A DNA stretch of 60,410 nucleotides from Octopus bimaculoides (GCF_001194135.2 NC_068990.1:18483629-18544038), one strand, 5' to 3'. Numbered from the stretch's first letter, positions 25,038 to 38,529 are shown. Notes: generated by a model from the sequence alone, not told the origin. Numbers and translations: made by a program.

Positions 25038-27024
25038 GAAAAACTACACCTCTCAGTTCTTGAAATATATGGTGGAAATTTTTGGTGCAGTGTTAGTTGC
25101 ATCATTTATGTTCTCAGACCAAATTCCAACATTATTACAAATGAAGTGAAGACGCAGTAATGGCATTTCAATCAATTTTCAGTATATTTTAACGGATGTA
25201 CATTAAACGTTCTTCCATATTAATACCATCCAATCTTCAAGCCGTCACGCGATCAACGAATGAAATATTTTAGATAGAACATATAATATTTGGTATCCAA
25301 AGCCAGTTTATGTTCTGCTATCCTGTTTACAACGTCATGGTTCTCTGATCTCTGAATGTACGATGAAAATCACTAACTACGATTCATTCACAATCCTATT
25401 CTTCATTCAAAGAAGATATATTTTTCTAATTTGGCTAGAAAGGTTATTACTGGATTGATTAGTTACCTTCAGTGCCATTCATTAAGCTACTGAATTGAAT
25501 ATTGTTCATTTGAGATTGTAGCTCTTGATGTTAGGGTGAGATGTATATACTTAATCTATCTTCTTCTAATAATAAGAATTCACACAGATATCATTGATAT
25601 AATGTCATGCCGATTACAATTATATCTTAGTTGGATTGTGGGGTTAAATTGTGTGGTAAGAAAATGAACCTTAAATTACCTTCACTACCTACATGTGTGT
25701 ACCCAACTGGATGAGCATATGTTTGTTCACAGTTAGCAGTGCCTTCACCGCATCGTCAAGACGTCCATATCTTGATACTGCAAGAAAAGATTTATTATAC
25801 AGTAAATTTATTCCTACAGCACCTCCTATGAAAATGTAGATATTATTAGTGCGGGAAAGCGAATAAGAAAGAATACGTTTTAAATAAGTAACGAGCTGAA
25901 TATGGATTGAAAATAGTCGGAAATTGAATCTTTCAACGACGGATTACAAGACGTGATTAATAAGAAGGACATCTATTTCCCAAGTTTAGGATTTGAATGG
26001 ATTCGAAAAGAAGAAATATGAAAAAGTTATTTATGGAGTTGTGCGGAATGATAGAGAGAAAGATTATACTTCTTGGAGCGACGTACAAAATTGAATATGT
26101 GTGTGTATGTATGTATGTATGTATGTATGTATGTATGTATGTATGTATGTATGTATGTATGCATGCATATGTACGTTTGGGGCTGGATATCGTAATATAG
26201 TGAACTGGAATTAACTTTTAATCAATTGAAATTGTAAATGCAGTGAAAAGGAAAGCCTTTTAGGATAATGAAAATTACTCTGAAACGGGCAAGGGAGAGA
26301 ACTGAAAAGTTTTCAATTAAGTAATTTTCAATATACATTTGAGCGGTGGAAGAGATTTTGCTCGAAGCATATTTCAGTTGAAAGGTACAATGATCTGAAA
26401 TTCACTAAGAAATTTACGTTACTGTGTCTAAAAATATGAACAATTTAAATAGGTAAAGGAGAGTTAATATTAAATTTAATACATTTTATTCCTCATAAAT
26501 TGCATTAAAGTATTATATAAATATGGAGTAAGCTTAATTTCGGCTTCGTAATATATAAGATACAGAAACAGGACACACGGTCACATTACCAATAAAGGTT
26601 TACCAAAATTGAGAATTATTAAACATGCATAGGTCAACGAAAGGAATTCAACATGGTGATTTGATCTGCAATAGAGTATAGCTAAATCACCTTACAAGTT
26701 ACAAATCTTTTTTGTCGATTACATCTCGCAGCTTTATGATTTCAAATCAACCCAGTTCTATGGACAAATTTCATCGATTTTGTTCACCTGCAGATATTCT
26801 GGTCCTGTGGCAATTTTAAACATGTCACTGTGTGAAGCCTTAAAAGTGAATTAAATTTTAAGATCATAAGGTAAGGAATCAGAATAATCGATTTGCAAAA
26901 GAGACCTGTCGGGGCATTAATATAGTTTATTCTCTTTTACAGAACTATTCTATCTTCATCTGCAGTTCGTTGGTAAATGATTTCTCCATTTGATAAAACA
27001 CATTTTCCGTTGTTAAAAGACTTT

Positions 27025-27330
27025 ATACTCACTTCGCTTCTTATGGAGCAAAAGCCCCCGACGACATTTGTACTCTGTTCACGACTCTTTACTGCTTCTC
27101 CCCCATTGGATCCCCGCTTTTTCAGCTCTGCCTCAGTATCCTACTTTCAGTTATCTTTATGCAGTCCATCCTTTTGCTTCTCTTCGTACAATCAGGGTCA
27201 GGCGTTTAATGCGGGATGTTGGTTTCATTTCTGATATAGCCGCACTGCTTTATATGTTTTCCTGAGTGAAGGTCTTGTCTGCCAGTTTTTGCTGGTTTGG
27301 AATTGTCATCGATGCTTCTGTGAACATATT
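27025..27330 (-). mobile_element. RTE-clade LINE 3' remnant
   Basis: Minus frame KDN*K*DTEAELKKRGSNGGEAVK...VVGGFCSIRSE; nucleotide similarity to 41270-41400. Confidence 0.65.
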
Positions 27331-27369
27331 TGTACCAATAAACATGTTTGCGCTACAGTTATTTGTATA

Positions 27370-27575
27370 TCATTTACTTGTTTAAATCATTAGACTGCAG
27401 TCATGCTGGGGCACCACCATGAAGAATTTTTAGCCGAATGAATCTACTCTAGAAATTATATTTTGAAGCCTGGTATTTATTCTGTCTATTAGGCTAAGCC
27501 GTTAGGTTACGGTGACGTAAACACACCAACACCGCTCATCAAGTGCTGGTGGGGAGAAACCCACACACGAGCGCG
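27370..27575 (-). mobile_element. SINE 3' module (family C tail)
   Basis: TTTACTTGTTTAAATCATTAGACTGCAGTCATGCTGGGGCACC...TAGGTTACGGTGACGTAAACACACCAACACC. Confidence 0.6.
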
Positions 27576-28829
27576 TTATCATAGGTTAGTGCCAAATCGT
27601 GAAATATAATCCAGTCCTAGCGGTATGGAAATGGAGAAGCGTGCAGTGTGCCTCGTTAAAAATTAAATTAATTGCTAATACAGACACACGTTGACACACA
27701 TTTAATCGACTAAAGTCCGATTAAATATGATTCAGTACTTAATTGATAGTTATTCTATAGACCCCAGGGAAAGAAAAAAACATTAAAATAACTATGTGGA
27801 AAACCATTGAAATTTTCTGGGCAAGCAATCCTAAGTTTTACCTTTCATATCTCCACAATCATAGAATTCTTTAGAGATCCGCATTTGGTTGCAATACAGT
27901 GCCATCAATTTCTTTAACCGTGAAATATTCTTCTCCTTCGGACTTAATAACCTTATTGTGAACCATTGTCGAACATTGGAAGTAGCACATAAGAATCATG
28001 TGGCAAGTTGATTTTCCTCCAACAAACAAATATCATTCTTGCCAATTATAGATTTATTTTTACATATGATCAAATATTTTTTTATAAAGAAAAAACTTTA
28101 AACGATATCAATGAATCATCTTACATTACTACTTATATTTTCATCGGCACCATAAGCAGGAATGGAGCACATAGATAGAGCTGGAACTATATACTATTAC
28201 AAACATAATCTACTGATCTATAAATTCTACAATTCTACACACGTTGCGTTCCATACATAATTGTATTTTCTTGTCAGACATTAGACAATATGAAGTATAT
28301 AGACGTATATAACATATTGTATATTGATAGGTTTAAAACAATTTATACATTAGCAAAATAAACAGAGTTGCCTGCCAAATCAAATATGATACTTCATGAC
28401 ATTTAAACAAGTTTCTTTTTATACAGCTATCAGCTATTATAAAACAAGACAGTCTTATTCACAACGTAACACTACGTTGTTGTAAATCTAACGGAATAAT
28501 TTATAAATGAAAACAAATTAAAACAATAAAAGAAAATTTATATAAAAAATACAACAGTATAAATCTAAATCAACAGGCATTAAAAAAGTACATCAGAAAC
28601 CAACTTCACTCTCAAAGGACACGTAAAAAAAATTGAAGTTATAAATAATCTAACTCAATTAGTCTATACTCTGATAAACCAACAAATCGAAAATCCCTTA
28701 AGTTAGATGATAGAGCCCTGTCTGATAACATTTACGTTGAGCAGTAAAGGCCAAATAAAACAAAATTGATATTGTACATAAATAAAATAGAGAGTATATA
28801 ATCAATGGATATTCTTTTTGTTTTTTTAA

Positions 28830-29030
28830 TCTTCAGTCATATTTCAGTCATTGGACAGCATTCATGCTGGAACACAGGCTTGAAGGATTTAGTGCAAATA
28901 ATCGACCTCGGTAATTAACTTTTTAAGTCTTGTACTTATTCTCTCAGTCTTTTCTGCAGAAATGCAAATTACAGGAAAGTAAAGAAACCAACACCATGAG
29001 ACAGAGCAGTGGTCACGGACAGAGACACAC
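28830..29030 (-). mobile_element. SINE 3' module (family C tail)
   Basis: TTTCAGTCATTGGAC...CATGCTGGAACAC...GAAGGATTTAGT...AATCGACC...GTACTTATTCT. Confidence 0.6.
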
Positions 29031-29047
29031 GTACGCGAGCGCGTACA

Positions 29048-29774
29048 AATCCGGAAACGGAGGCTCTAATCTGTGCTGCCCAAGAGTAAGCATTAAGAAC
29101 GAATGACATCAATTACAGAATAGGCAACATATCAGAAAGTAATAAGTGCAGAATTTGTGGACAGCATTGCAAAACCTTACCAGGCAAATGTATGCCTCTA
29201 GCCCAGAAAGAATATATGAGACGTCATGACAATATAGCAAGGACACTTTGCGACAGGTATAGACATGAAGGAGCAAAAAAGTGGTTCGAGCATAAACACG
29301 AAGGCATCATCAAAAATGATAATGCCAAGATCTTATGGGATTTTATGATTCATTGCGACCATGAGATTGAGAATAGGAAACCAGACATAGTGTTAATTGA
29401 GAAAAACAGCAAACGATGCTCGATTATAGCTACACCGTGCACAGCTGACAACAAGGTATGTGATAAGGAAGAAAGAAATGTCGATAAATATGACAGGTTA
29501 GCTTGGGAGTTTAAGCAGTCGACGAAAACGTTGGTAGTAGTACCAATAATTGTCGGGGCCCTGGGAACAGTCAATAAAAATCTTGTGAAGTACATGTAAC
29601 AAATAGGGGCTGAAAATAAGGGTGGAGCACTTGCAGAAAACAGCACTGCTTGGAAGGGCTCGAACACTCCGGATGGTGCTCGAAAAATAAGGTATGTTAC
29701 GTTAGTTCACTGGTAGTGACAGCTGGCACCGTAGTATATCTCCTGCGTTAGAAGCTATGCAAAGACAATAAATA

Positions 29775-29840
<66 letters not shown>
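29048..29840 (+). mobile_element. R4/Dong-like RLE non-LTR retrotransposon, 3' fragment 1, with (AAT)n tail
   Basis: PETEALICAAQE, CRICG..., RHDNIA, KILWDFMIHCDHEIENRKPDIVL, VPIIVGALG, LQKTALLG: CCHC-type and PD-(D/E)xK endonuclease region; (AAT)n at 29766-29840. Confidence 0.85.
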
Positions 29841-29842
<2 letters not shown>

Positions 29843-30464
29843 TCTGCAGTCTTGGTTGTCAATCTTAGAGATGGTGTCTCAATAAAAATACCGGTGGGTG
29901 GCTAACCTTAAAACATATACCTCAATGTTGAGTCAAAATGTCTAATACAAATGCATCAATTAATGGTGTTAATGAGGCTGGAACCAAAGGTGAAAGCCTT
30001 TATTGTCCAGCAGGTGTCCTGTGGTTGAGCAACGCCGACCCGGTCGTCATTCAGAGACTGCTTATACACAAAAGCAGAGAAGAAGCTGGGATAATGGGAT
30101 AAGGAGGCAAACCGAACGGTAACTGAACAAAACGTCTACCTTCAGAATAATCAATAATAATAATAATAATAATAAGAGGTAGCTGAAAAGAACGGATAGC
30201 ATGGTACCGTAGGTTGCAGGTAGCAAGCCCGCTACGCATGCAACACTCCAAGAGTTCCAACAGAACCTGCGATAATAAAAAGAAATAAAGACTATGGACG
30301 TGTGACAGCGAACTACCCAGGAAAGTAGTAGGAAGATATTAATGACTTGTAGACATGTGGTATTTCCTTATGCAATCATATTATACTATAAAGTATCTAA
30401 AATATTTTTATGAGTCAACACCAAGTTTTACTCCGTTAGCAGTGCGCTTTACATCATTTTCTTA

Positions 30465-30713
30465 AGAAACCATGGAATGTGCGGGTAAAATGTATCTCAG
30501 TAGTTATAGGTGCATTGGGAACTATCCCTAAAGATCTAAACAGACGGATAGAGAAAATAAGCATAACCCTAGTTTAGTACCGCTCCAGGAAACAGTGTTA
30601 TTAGGGTTAGGGTTAGCTAGGATACTTAGGAGGGTTCTTGGCATCTAAAGTTACTTGTTGTAGCTCGATGTTAGGAAGTTTTCTTTTCCAACAGTCTTAT
30701 TTGTTGAGTGTAT
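30465..30713 (+). mobile_element. R4/Dong-like 3' fragment 2
   Basis: KPWNVRVKCISVVIGALGTIPKDL...PLQETVLLG(LG)LARILRRVLGI*, followed by (AAT)n. Confidence 0.75.
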
Positions 30714-30728
30714 AATAATAATAATAAT

Positions 30729-30787
<59 letters not shown>

Positions 30788-30818
30788 CAGCAATAACAAT
30801 AACAATAATAATAATAGC

Positions 30819-30850
<32 letters not shown>

Positions 30851-30860
30851 TAATAATAAT
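30714..30860. repeat. (AAT)n/(AAC)n microsatellite between R4/Dong fragments 2 and 3
   Basis: Direct reading. Confidence 0.95.
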
Positions 30861-31385
30861 ACACGCCAGAAAAGGTCACAGAAAACAGGAAAGCAACCAT
30901 ACTCTGGGATATGCTAATACACACAGATAGAGAAATTAAGGCAAATAGACCAGATATAGTTGTCAAAGATCATGAAGAAAAAAAATGCTTTCTAATTGAT
31001 GTATCAATACCAGCAGATGACAACGTTTCTCTAAAAGAAATGGAAAAACTTTCAAAATACAAAGACCTGGAAATAGAGATAACTCGAATGTGGAATCTAA
31101 AAACAGAAACAATTCCTATCATAGTAGGTGCCTTAGGTATGATAAAAAAAATATTCAGACAAATACATAACAAAAACACCAGGACTTACAAATATATATA
31201 ACATACAGAAAATTGCACTACTGGGTACTGCACACTTTCTACGCAAAACACTTTCAATACAGTAAACATAAGAGCACCACAGCAAACCACAGCACGTACC
31301 CAAGGCGCACAGAGCTGCGCTCGGTAGTGAAGTGAAAGCACGTTATAAACATAAAACTACTGAACAATAATAATAATAATAATAA
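30861..31385 (+). mobile_element. R4/Dong-like 3' fragment 3, flanked by (AAT)n on both sides
   Basis: TPEKVTENRKATILWDMLIHTDREIKANRPDIVV...LIDVSIP...EKLSKYKDLEIEITRMW...PIIVGALG, frameshift, IQKIALLGTAH; (AAT)n tail at about 31365-31385. Confidence 0.9.
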
Positions 31386-31820
31386 ATAATATCAATTTAC
31401 AAACAGGATAATTTTTTTACACAAAATTTGCTATGTTAAGATTCTTTTATTAACAACTGTCTATCATTCCTGATTTATAAAATTCATTATATAAACTATA
31501 TACGCAATTTAACTCAGCAACAATATAGCATTACTTCAATAAATAATCAAACGATGGAATGAAACTCTTACCCAGCCTCACCACCACGTAGAAAGTTTTA
31601 AACAAACTGATATATCCAGTAATCCTATTGGATGCATTTGAATTTACATTACTTTGTAATCTAACGTATTTCCTGGGGTGTGTGTCATTTTATTAGTTTT
31701 GGTTATCTACATCTGTTTATTCCCATACGCCTGGTAGGTATATTTATTCAACATACACTCACAAAAAGAAATCCATCCTTATGTATAAACACAAACATAT
31801 ATGTATATATATATATATAT

Positions 31821-32247
31821 GTGTGTGTGTGTGAGTGTCTGCAGTTGTACTTAAAAACCGTAGCACGCTGTCTAATTTGATTTAAACTTGTCATATTTCC
31901 ATCTCATCCATGTGAGTATCTATGCACCTGACTACTTATAAACAGGCTCGCGGGCCGGTCTGCGCACTATCTACACGACATCCATTTCATGGCATATTCA
32001 CAGATTTATTTTCATATTTCTTTATTATTTAAAATTTTATGTGCAATTTCAGTTTCAATTCCATTTAATTTTTNNNNNNNNNNNNNNNNNNNNNNNNNNN
32101 NNNNNNNNNNNNNNNNNNNNNNNNNNNNNNNNNNNNNNNNNNNNNNNNNNNNNNNNNNNNNNNNNNNNNNNNNNNNNNNNNNNNNNNNNNNNNNNNNNNN
32201 NTATATATGTATACATATACATATAGACATACATACATCTATCTATC

Positions 32248-32285
<38 letters not shown>

Positions 32286-32525
32286 AGTGTCTGCAGTTGT
32301 ACTTAAAAACCGTAGCACGCTGTCTAATTTGATTTAAACTTGTCATATTTCCATCTCATCCATGTGAGTATCTATGCACCTGACTACTTATAAACAGGCT
32401 CGCGGGCCGGTCTGCGCACTATCTACACGACATCCATTTCATGGCATATTCACAGATTTATTTTCATATTTCTTTATTATTTAAAATTTTATGTGCAATT
32501 TCAGTTTCAATTCCATTTAATTTTT
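31821..32525. repeat. Identical roughly 250-bp direct duplication across an N-gap (31821-32073 and 32273-32525)
   Basis: I saw no difference between the copies; the first ends exactly at the gap. Confidence 0.9.
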
Positions 32526-33089
32526 GCTCTGGAGAAGGGTATATAATATATGCATATGTGTTTGTCTGCGTGTGTATTCAACTGTATTTAGCTACGCATA
32601 AATACAAATTTGCATGTATATATATATATATATGAATAACTTATGAAATACAATAGCAAGCACGCATCTCCGTGCTAATAAATGTATATAGAAACTAAAA
32701 TAACTAAACTATAAACAAAACAGTAAAGCTGCAGCACGGAATTTTGTCAGTCAACAGGTCGCGGTCGCAAAGCGGAGAAAATATTTTGGCAAATTAAATT
32801 TGAATGTTGAAGGGAATATAACGGTTTTTGTGTTTCTTAAATGGCTTATAAACACCTTCCATGCTGCAAATATTTTCGTTCCAGCACACGATCTCAGATC
32901 ATGTCTCTTGGTATGCAAGTAAATCTCCGTAAAAATCTAAAATAATATAAGTAAAACTGAAGTCAAATCCAAATATACAGTGCGTGTGCTTATTTGGCAA
33001 ATATGACCGTCCCCAACTATAGAAATATAGATATAGATATACACATACAAACACACACACACGCACACAGGCACGAACACACGCACACG

Positions 33090-33143
<54 letters not shown>

Positions 33144-33631
33144 AGAGTTTAAGAACGGAGTAGATAACACTAGATAATATAACTTTTCATTGCGAGCGCA
33201 ACCTCAAAAGCGGGAAATATCCAAGTAATGATGTGTGTACCATAGGCTATTCTCCATGTCAAGTGTATCTTGTTGGCCTGAAGTGTAGCTTGCGGTATAT
33301 ATCTCTCTTGGATATTTACGACTTCCGAGGTTCGGATAACTAGGAAACATATGTAGCCCGTATGACGTCTACTCCATTCCTTAACTCTTCTGTTTTATTC
33401 TCATACCTTGCAAACCAAGCTGCCGACATTTTTTCCAGCTCAATTGGACACGGAAAAATATCCACAACCTTCGGCCTCAACAAAATACTGTTGTTCCTGA
33501 AAGTTGTTTTTTAAAAATATTTTCCACGGTTTGCTTGAATCTAACATTCTGCCTCGGATCTCATATATNNNNNNNNNNNNNNNNNNNNNNNNNNNNNNNN
33601 NNNNNNNNNNNNNNNNNNNNNNNNNNNNNNN

Positions 33632-33830
33632 TATATATAGTTGGAAACAAAAAAAAACAAAAACAAAACAAAAGACAGAGACCGGTGTGTAAACAACAAA
33701 CAGATATATTAGTTTAAAGCTCGAAAATAAGAAAGTCCTTTACGTTTCGGGCCTACGCGCTTCAACAGAAAGGAACATAGAAATAAACAGAGAGAGAAGA
33801 TAATAAGAAGGTTTAGTGGCTAGCGATCAA
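33632..33830 (-). mobile_element. Penelope-like pseudo-LTR with a minimal hammerhead variant (33736-33774)
   Basis: Minus strand UCCUUU-CUGUUGA-A-GCGC-GUAG-GCCC-GAAAC-GUA-AAGGA; homologous to 13340-13460. Confidence 0.65.
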
Positions 33831-34594
33831 TCATATATATATATATATATATATATATACACGCACACGCACACGCACGTACACACACACACACACACAC
33901 ACGCACACACACACAACCAATATATATATAACGTCGCTGGAAAAACAGCATCTTGCGAGTGGGGTAAGTTTTCATCACGCACATACATACATATACGCAC
34001 ACATACACATACGGAAATTTATTTTTCTATATGTTTGTGTATGGGTATGTATGTATATAATATACTGTATAATATGGATCTAATATACTGATGTATTGTC
34101 ATAGCAATTCGAAATCCGGAGGATTTTCCACTAAAATGTTTGATTACAACGACGCTTAAATATTTGCTCATATAAAAGTTTCCAATATGACTCAAGATTT
34201 CGCCGTTTTTTGACATAACTGCACGTCATAAGCAACACATCTCTTTGTTGTGCACGATATATTTCTTGTAATACCCATGGTTTCTTTACTATTTAAGACT
34301 AAAACACAAAATAATTAACCTCGTTCGCAACCTCTTCATTTAGTACCCAGCATGGCACTATTCTCAGGATCAAGAAATCTTTGAAAAATACCACCAACAC
34401 TATCTTAAAAAGTAGGGAGTCTTTTCCTATTGTAATTCTGTGTATGCAATTCAACAGAAAAGAATGAGGCCTGCCATACGTTATACGCGTAGTGTCATAA
34501 ATCTCCTTAGTTACACCTGACCTGAGTGAAGGACAGCAAATACATTATATTTAATCAGAAAACTTCATAACTCCTAAACTGTCAATGACAAATG

Positions 34595-35020
34595 TTCCTA
34601 TATTCAGCACTGCACGCTTTGCTACTCTTAACCATAGCAATATTAGTATCTATTCTCCAATACACTATGCTAGACACTTCTATTCCCCTATACACAGTAC
34701 TGATCTACAGTCCTATTCACAGTAATTACGCTTCTACATTCTTATATACACACCGCTGGCTGTTCTACGCACCCATACGCAATACTAGAATCTTTCACAC
34801 TCCTATGCACAGTACCGTCACTTCTAATCTCCTATACACAGTGCTTGTCCCTAATATCCTATACATAGTGCTAGGTGTTTCTCTTCCCTTCTAAACAGCA
34901 GCAGATGGTGCTGCTCTCCTAATCACATTACTACACTACTATTCTAATATACACAGCACCAGACGCTTCTACCGTACTATACACACTATTAGAAGCTACT
35001 ATTCTCCTATACAGATGCTT
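34595..35020. repeat. Degenerate 25-30-bp minisatellite, about 14 copies
   Basis: Recurrent CTATACACAGT..CT.GA..CTTCTA..CTC word (for example at about 34688, 34803, 34831 and 34858). Confidence 0.75.
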
Positions 35021-36143
35021 AGGATAAGCTTCAGTGAGGAGGACTAGTATGTGAGAAACACGCCTCTCCAAAGCTAACAAAGATCAGATCACATTTATTC
35101 TCCGTTAGATATCTTCCTTCCATTTTCAGTTAATTGAAAAATCAGACTTGTTTCTTGTTTCCTCTTCTGAGATGAACTTTCCTCAACGTTAATGACTTTT
35201 AGCACTAGAAGTATAATTCCAATTGATTAAACATTCTTTTCAATACAATGCATTGATTATGTTAACTCGCATTTAGCTAAATGTTCTTAATGCAGTAGGA
35301 CATCCCTGAGGTATTTTGCAGCGTTACATTTTCCAGTTTTTGCCTCGTAAATCACTATTTACCATCGCACCGCTCTCTTCTTAAAGTTATTTGTATGAAG
35401 ACGTTTTCTCCCTCTCTTTCAGAACGTATTCCCTTTTAATAATTTCACGGTAGTATTCTCTCTAATTTACTGAAATTAGACATTCTCTAATTTTATTAGA
35501 TTCTCCTGTAATAAATTGCAATCGGTTTTCCTAGTTACCATGAACCAAGTGGAGAGTTTCAAACCTTTCGCTCACCCCGCTAGAAACAACCGACAAATTT
35601 CTGTCAAATCATACACTACCATCTCAAATTCCGAAACATGCACTTGACTAGGTAGTATCTGATATACAAAAATAGATATATAAATAAATATATAAAATAA
35701 AGCTACACATTTGACCATAGGCCTACTCACTCTTTGTTTATCTGGGGTTAATCAAGAACGAAGCAGTAATTAATTGTTATTCACCAAAGTAATATTTTCT
35801 CACCCAATCGAATTACTAGATATATCAATCAAATATATTTCATATACTATCCTACTAAATGCAGGACGAAAGATATATTGAATATGCTGGACAGAAAAAA
35901 AAAAAAAATAAAAAACAACGGCATGAGTAGGCCCCGTGCTGGCGCTTCCTTCATTACGATCTTCAGCCACACGACTACTAGTGAGCTAACCATCACTGAG
36001 GAGACCAGTTCAACCACCAAAATCCACCACCACCACCACCACCAACACCACCACCAACACCACCATTACTGCTGCTTACCATTTGGTAGGACCAAAAGAC
36101 CTGTGGGTTCCCTAAGGGCTAAATATGCCCACAACAATAATGT

Positions 36144-36178
<35 letters not shown>

Positions 36179-36197
36179 TTCTCTCTCTATCTCTCTT

Positions 36198-36238
<41 letters not shown>

Positions 36239-36789
36239 GTATGCATATATATGTGTGTGTACGTTTGTATGTATGTATATCTATAAAAGCTATGCAAATA
36301 TCTTCGCAGACAATGAGATGTGAGTCCATATAATAAAATTATTTACGCGGCTCTTTGTAAGAGAGAGCAGGAAAATAAAGCTGTCAAAACATCTTACATT
36401 ACTTAGTGTAATACTACAATAACTAGCGACGACCAATAGCAAAGTTATTAATTCCAGAGAGACTGGAAAAATCTTAAATCCTTATAAATGTGTTGAAACA
36501 CACTTTTATTGCATAACAGGTGCGTTAATACTATATTTAATCCCAGTGACTAGTTTCAAGGCAGAATTCTGTCAGTAGAGAATGACGTACTCATACTCAC
36601 ATACACAACCTCCTAATTGCAGAGGACACATATATTTAGTTCAATATGGACACATATTATTACGCGGAGACTCTTTTAGTAGAGATAAAATTCCTGTAAA
36701 TGAAAAGCAAGTGGGCTGTTCAGTGGCTGAGTCAGATGGGTGTCGGTTTATCATGCAAGGATTTGATAGTTTATATTCATTTCCTACTC

Positions 36790-36888
36790 TAAGCATAAGG
36801 CCTAGATTAGATCGACTCCAATACGCAACGGGTACTTAATTTATCGATCCTGAAAAGATGAAAGGCAAAGTCGACCTCGGCGGAATTG
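36790..36888 (-). mobile_element. Family A SINE core fragment
   Basis: GGTACTTAATTTATCGATCCTGAAAAGATGAAAGGCAAAGTCGACCTCGGCGGAATT. Confidence 0.8.
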
Positions 36889-37014
36889 ATAGTTCATATT
36901 TCGTGAAAGGATCCCCACTGCACACGCTTAAAAACATATACCACAGTAATTCAGTTATACCACTCTTTTAAAGTTTTCCTAGAGCGTATACATATACATA
37001 CATACAAACTTATA

Positions 37015-37052
<38 letters not shown>

Positions 37053-37599
37053 NNNNNNNNNNNNNNNNNNNNNNNNNNNNNNNNNNNNNNNNNNNNNNNN
37101 NNNNNNNNNNNNNNNNNNNNNNNNNNNNNNNNNNNNNNNNNNNNNNNNNNNNNNNNNNNNNNNNNNNNNNNNNNNNNNNNNNNNNNNNNNNNNNNNNNNN
37201 NNNNNNNNNNNNNNNNNNNNNNNNNNNNNNNNNNNNNNNNNNNNNNNNNNNNNNNNNNNNNNNNNNNNNNNNNNNNNNNNNNNNNNNNNNNNNNNNNNNN
37301 NNNNNNNNNNNNNNNNNNNNNNNNNATACACATATATATAGATAGATATATATAGATATATATAAATGCACGCATACAGAGTGCGTGTGTTTTTATTTTT
37401 CTTGGTCCATTTGTATGAATTTGGGAAAAAACGAATAGCTTATCAAAGAAAAGTTTTAATTGAAAATAACTTAGTACTAATAACCTTGAGAATCTATTTT
37501 TTCACATCTATTCAATGAATCAGCTGTTGGTTGCTTAAATAAGGGTAGTAGAAAGCGTTGATATGTTCGAATAAGATGTTGTTTGTTTATTTTGGACAT

Positions 37600-38105
37600 A
37601 GTACTGGCTATGGCTGACTTGGGAGGCTGTATGATGTTATGGGATACGTTGATCGACTTCTCTCTCTCTCGATCACACCTGATACATAATAGTTATGTGG
37701 AATGAGGTCTAGTGAGTTAAGAGGACATGTGTCCAGGAGAATACGACCATGGAGATTGCTATGCATCCACCGCTTTGATTGTCCCACCCTTATGAGATGG
37801 CCCAGAGTCTTGGAAAATGTTTGGGGCTCCGTTCTGTACATCGTCTCTTCTGGTTCTTACAAATTGTCTTCAACACCTCAGTGTAAACAGCAGCATTGAA
37901 TCTTAAGCCATGTGAAATAATAAGGAAGCATGTCATCTCCCTCTTTTCTGACAACTCTCAGAACCATAGTAGTTGCTGGGAATTTAGTATGACCATTGGA
38001 ACTTCATTGGTGTAGTCTCTGTACAGCCATATGTCGTTCCGTCCGTTTACCTTTTGGTCTTGACTGAAGGGTTTCTCATCCGAGAAACACCAATGTATTC
38101 CAGCC
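37600..38105 (-). mobile_element. maT/DD37D-like transposase pseudogene
   Basis: Minus frames WCFSDEKPFSQDQKVNGRNDIWL...EVP and SKRWMHSNLH...PLNSLDLIPHNYYVSGVIERE, decayed forms of the FSDEK and WPPxSPDLNPLDYYVWG motifs. Confidence 0.75.
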
Positions 38106-38529
38106 ATCATTTACGACTTTATCAGGAGGTCGGTACGAAAATAAAAACATTGTAGGTAAATTTTCAAATATTATATTAATGATTATCTACATAATTATAA
38201 CAAGGAATTGGTAAAACGACTCACCACGCGCTGGAAATAGATGCCAAATGGCGCTAAAACCACCTTAAAAACTCGGAAAACACAGGTTGTAGTCGAGCTA
38301 AAGAAAATAATAAATGAAACATTTGGTTAATCCCGTATAAGATCTCATTTTGAGCTAAAGGTAAAATATATACCTACTGCTATCATCAGTGTCGATATAC
38401 CGTTGTGTAAATGTACAATTATCTACACACACCTATACGAGCAGCCGTCGTATACTAATATAAAACTTAGAAAATTTAACTATAAGCTTTTTATTTTCGT
38501 GCTGACCTCCTGATAAAATCATGACGGCT
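38102..38529. mobile_element. MITE-like element with roughly 70-bp terminal inverted repeats
   Basis: GCCATCATTTACGACTTTATCAGGAGGTCGGTACGAAAATAAAA matches the reverse complement of the right end, GCCGTCATGATTTTATCAGGAGGTCAGCACGAAAATAAAA. Confidence 0.75.

Noticed and set aside
30601-30616. TTAGGG x2 telomere-like repeat
   Set aside because: It falls in the LLG..ARIL coding end of an R4/Dong fragment and is best explained as a 6-bp duplication.
35878-36333. His-rich ORF
   Set aside because: Built from (CAC)n and (CT)n repeats, with no domain signal.
36600-36690. Strong minus-strand acceptor and GTGAGT donor
   Set aside because: All three frames between them contain stops; a non-coding exon cannot be supported without RNA data.
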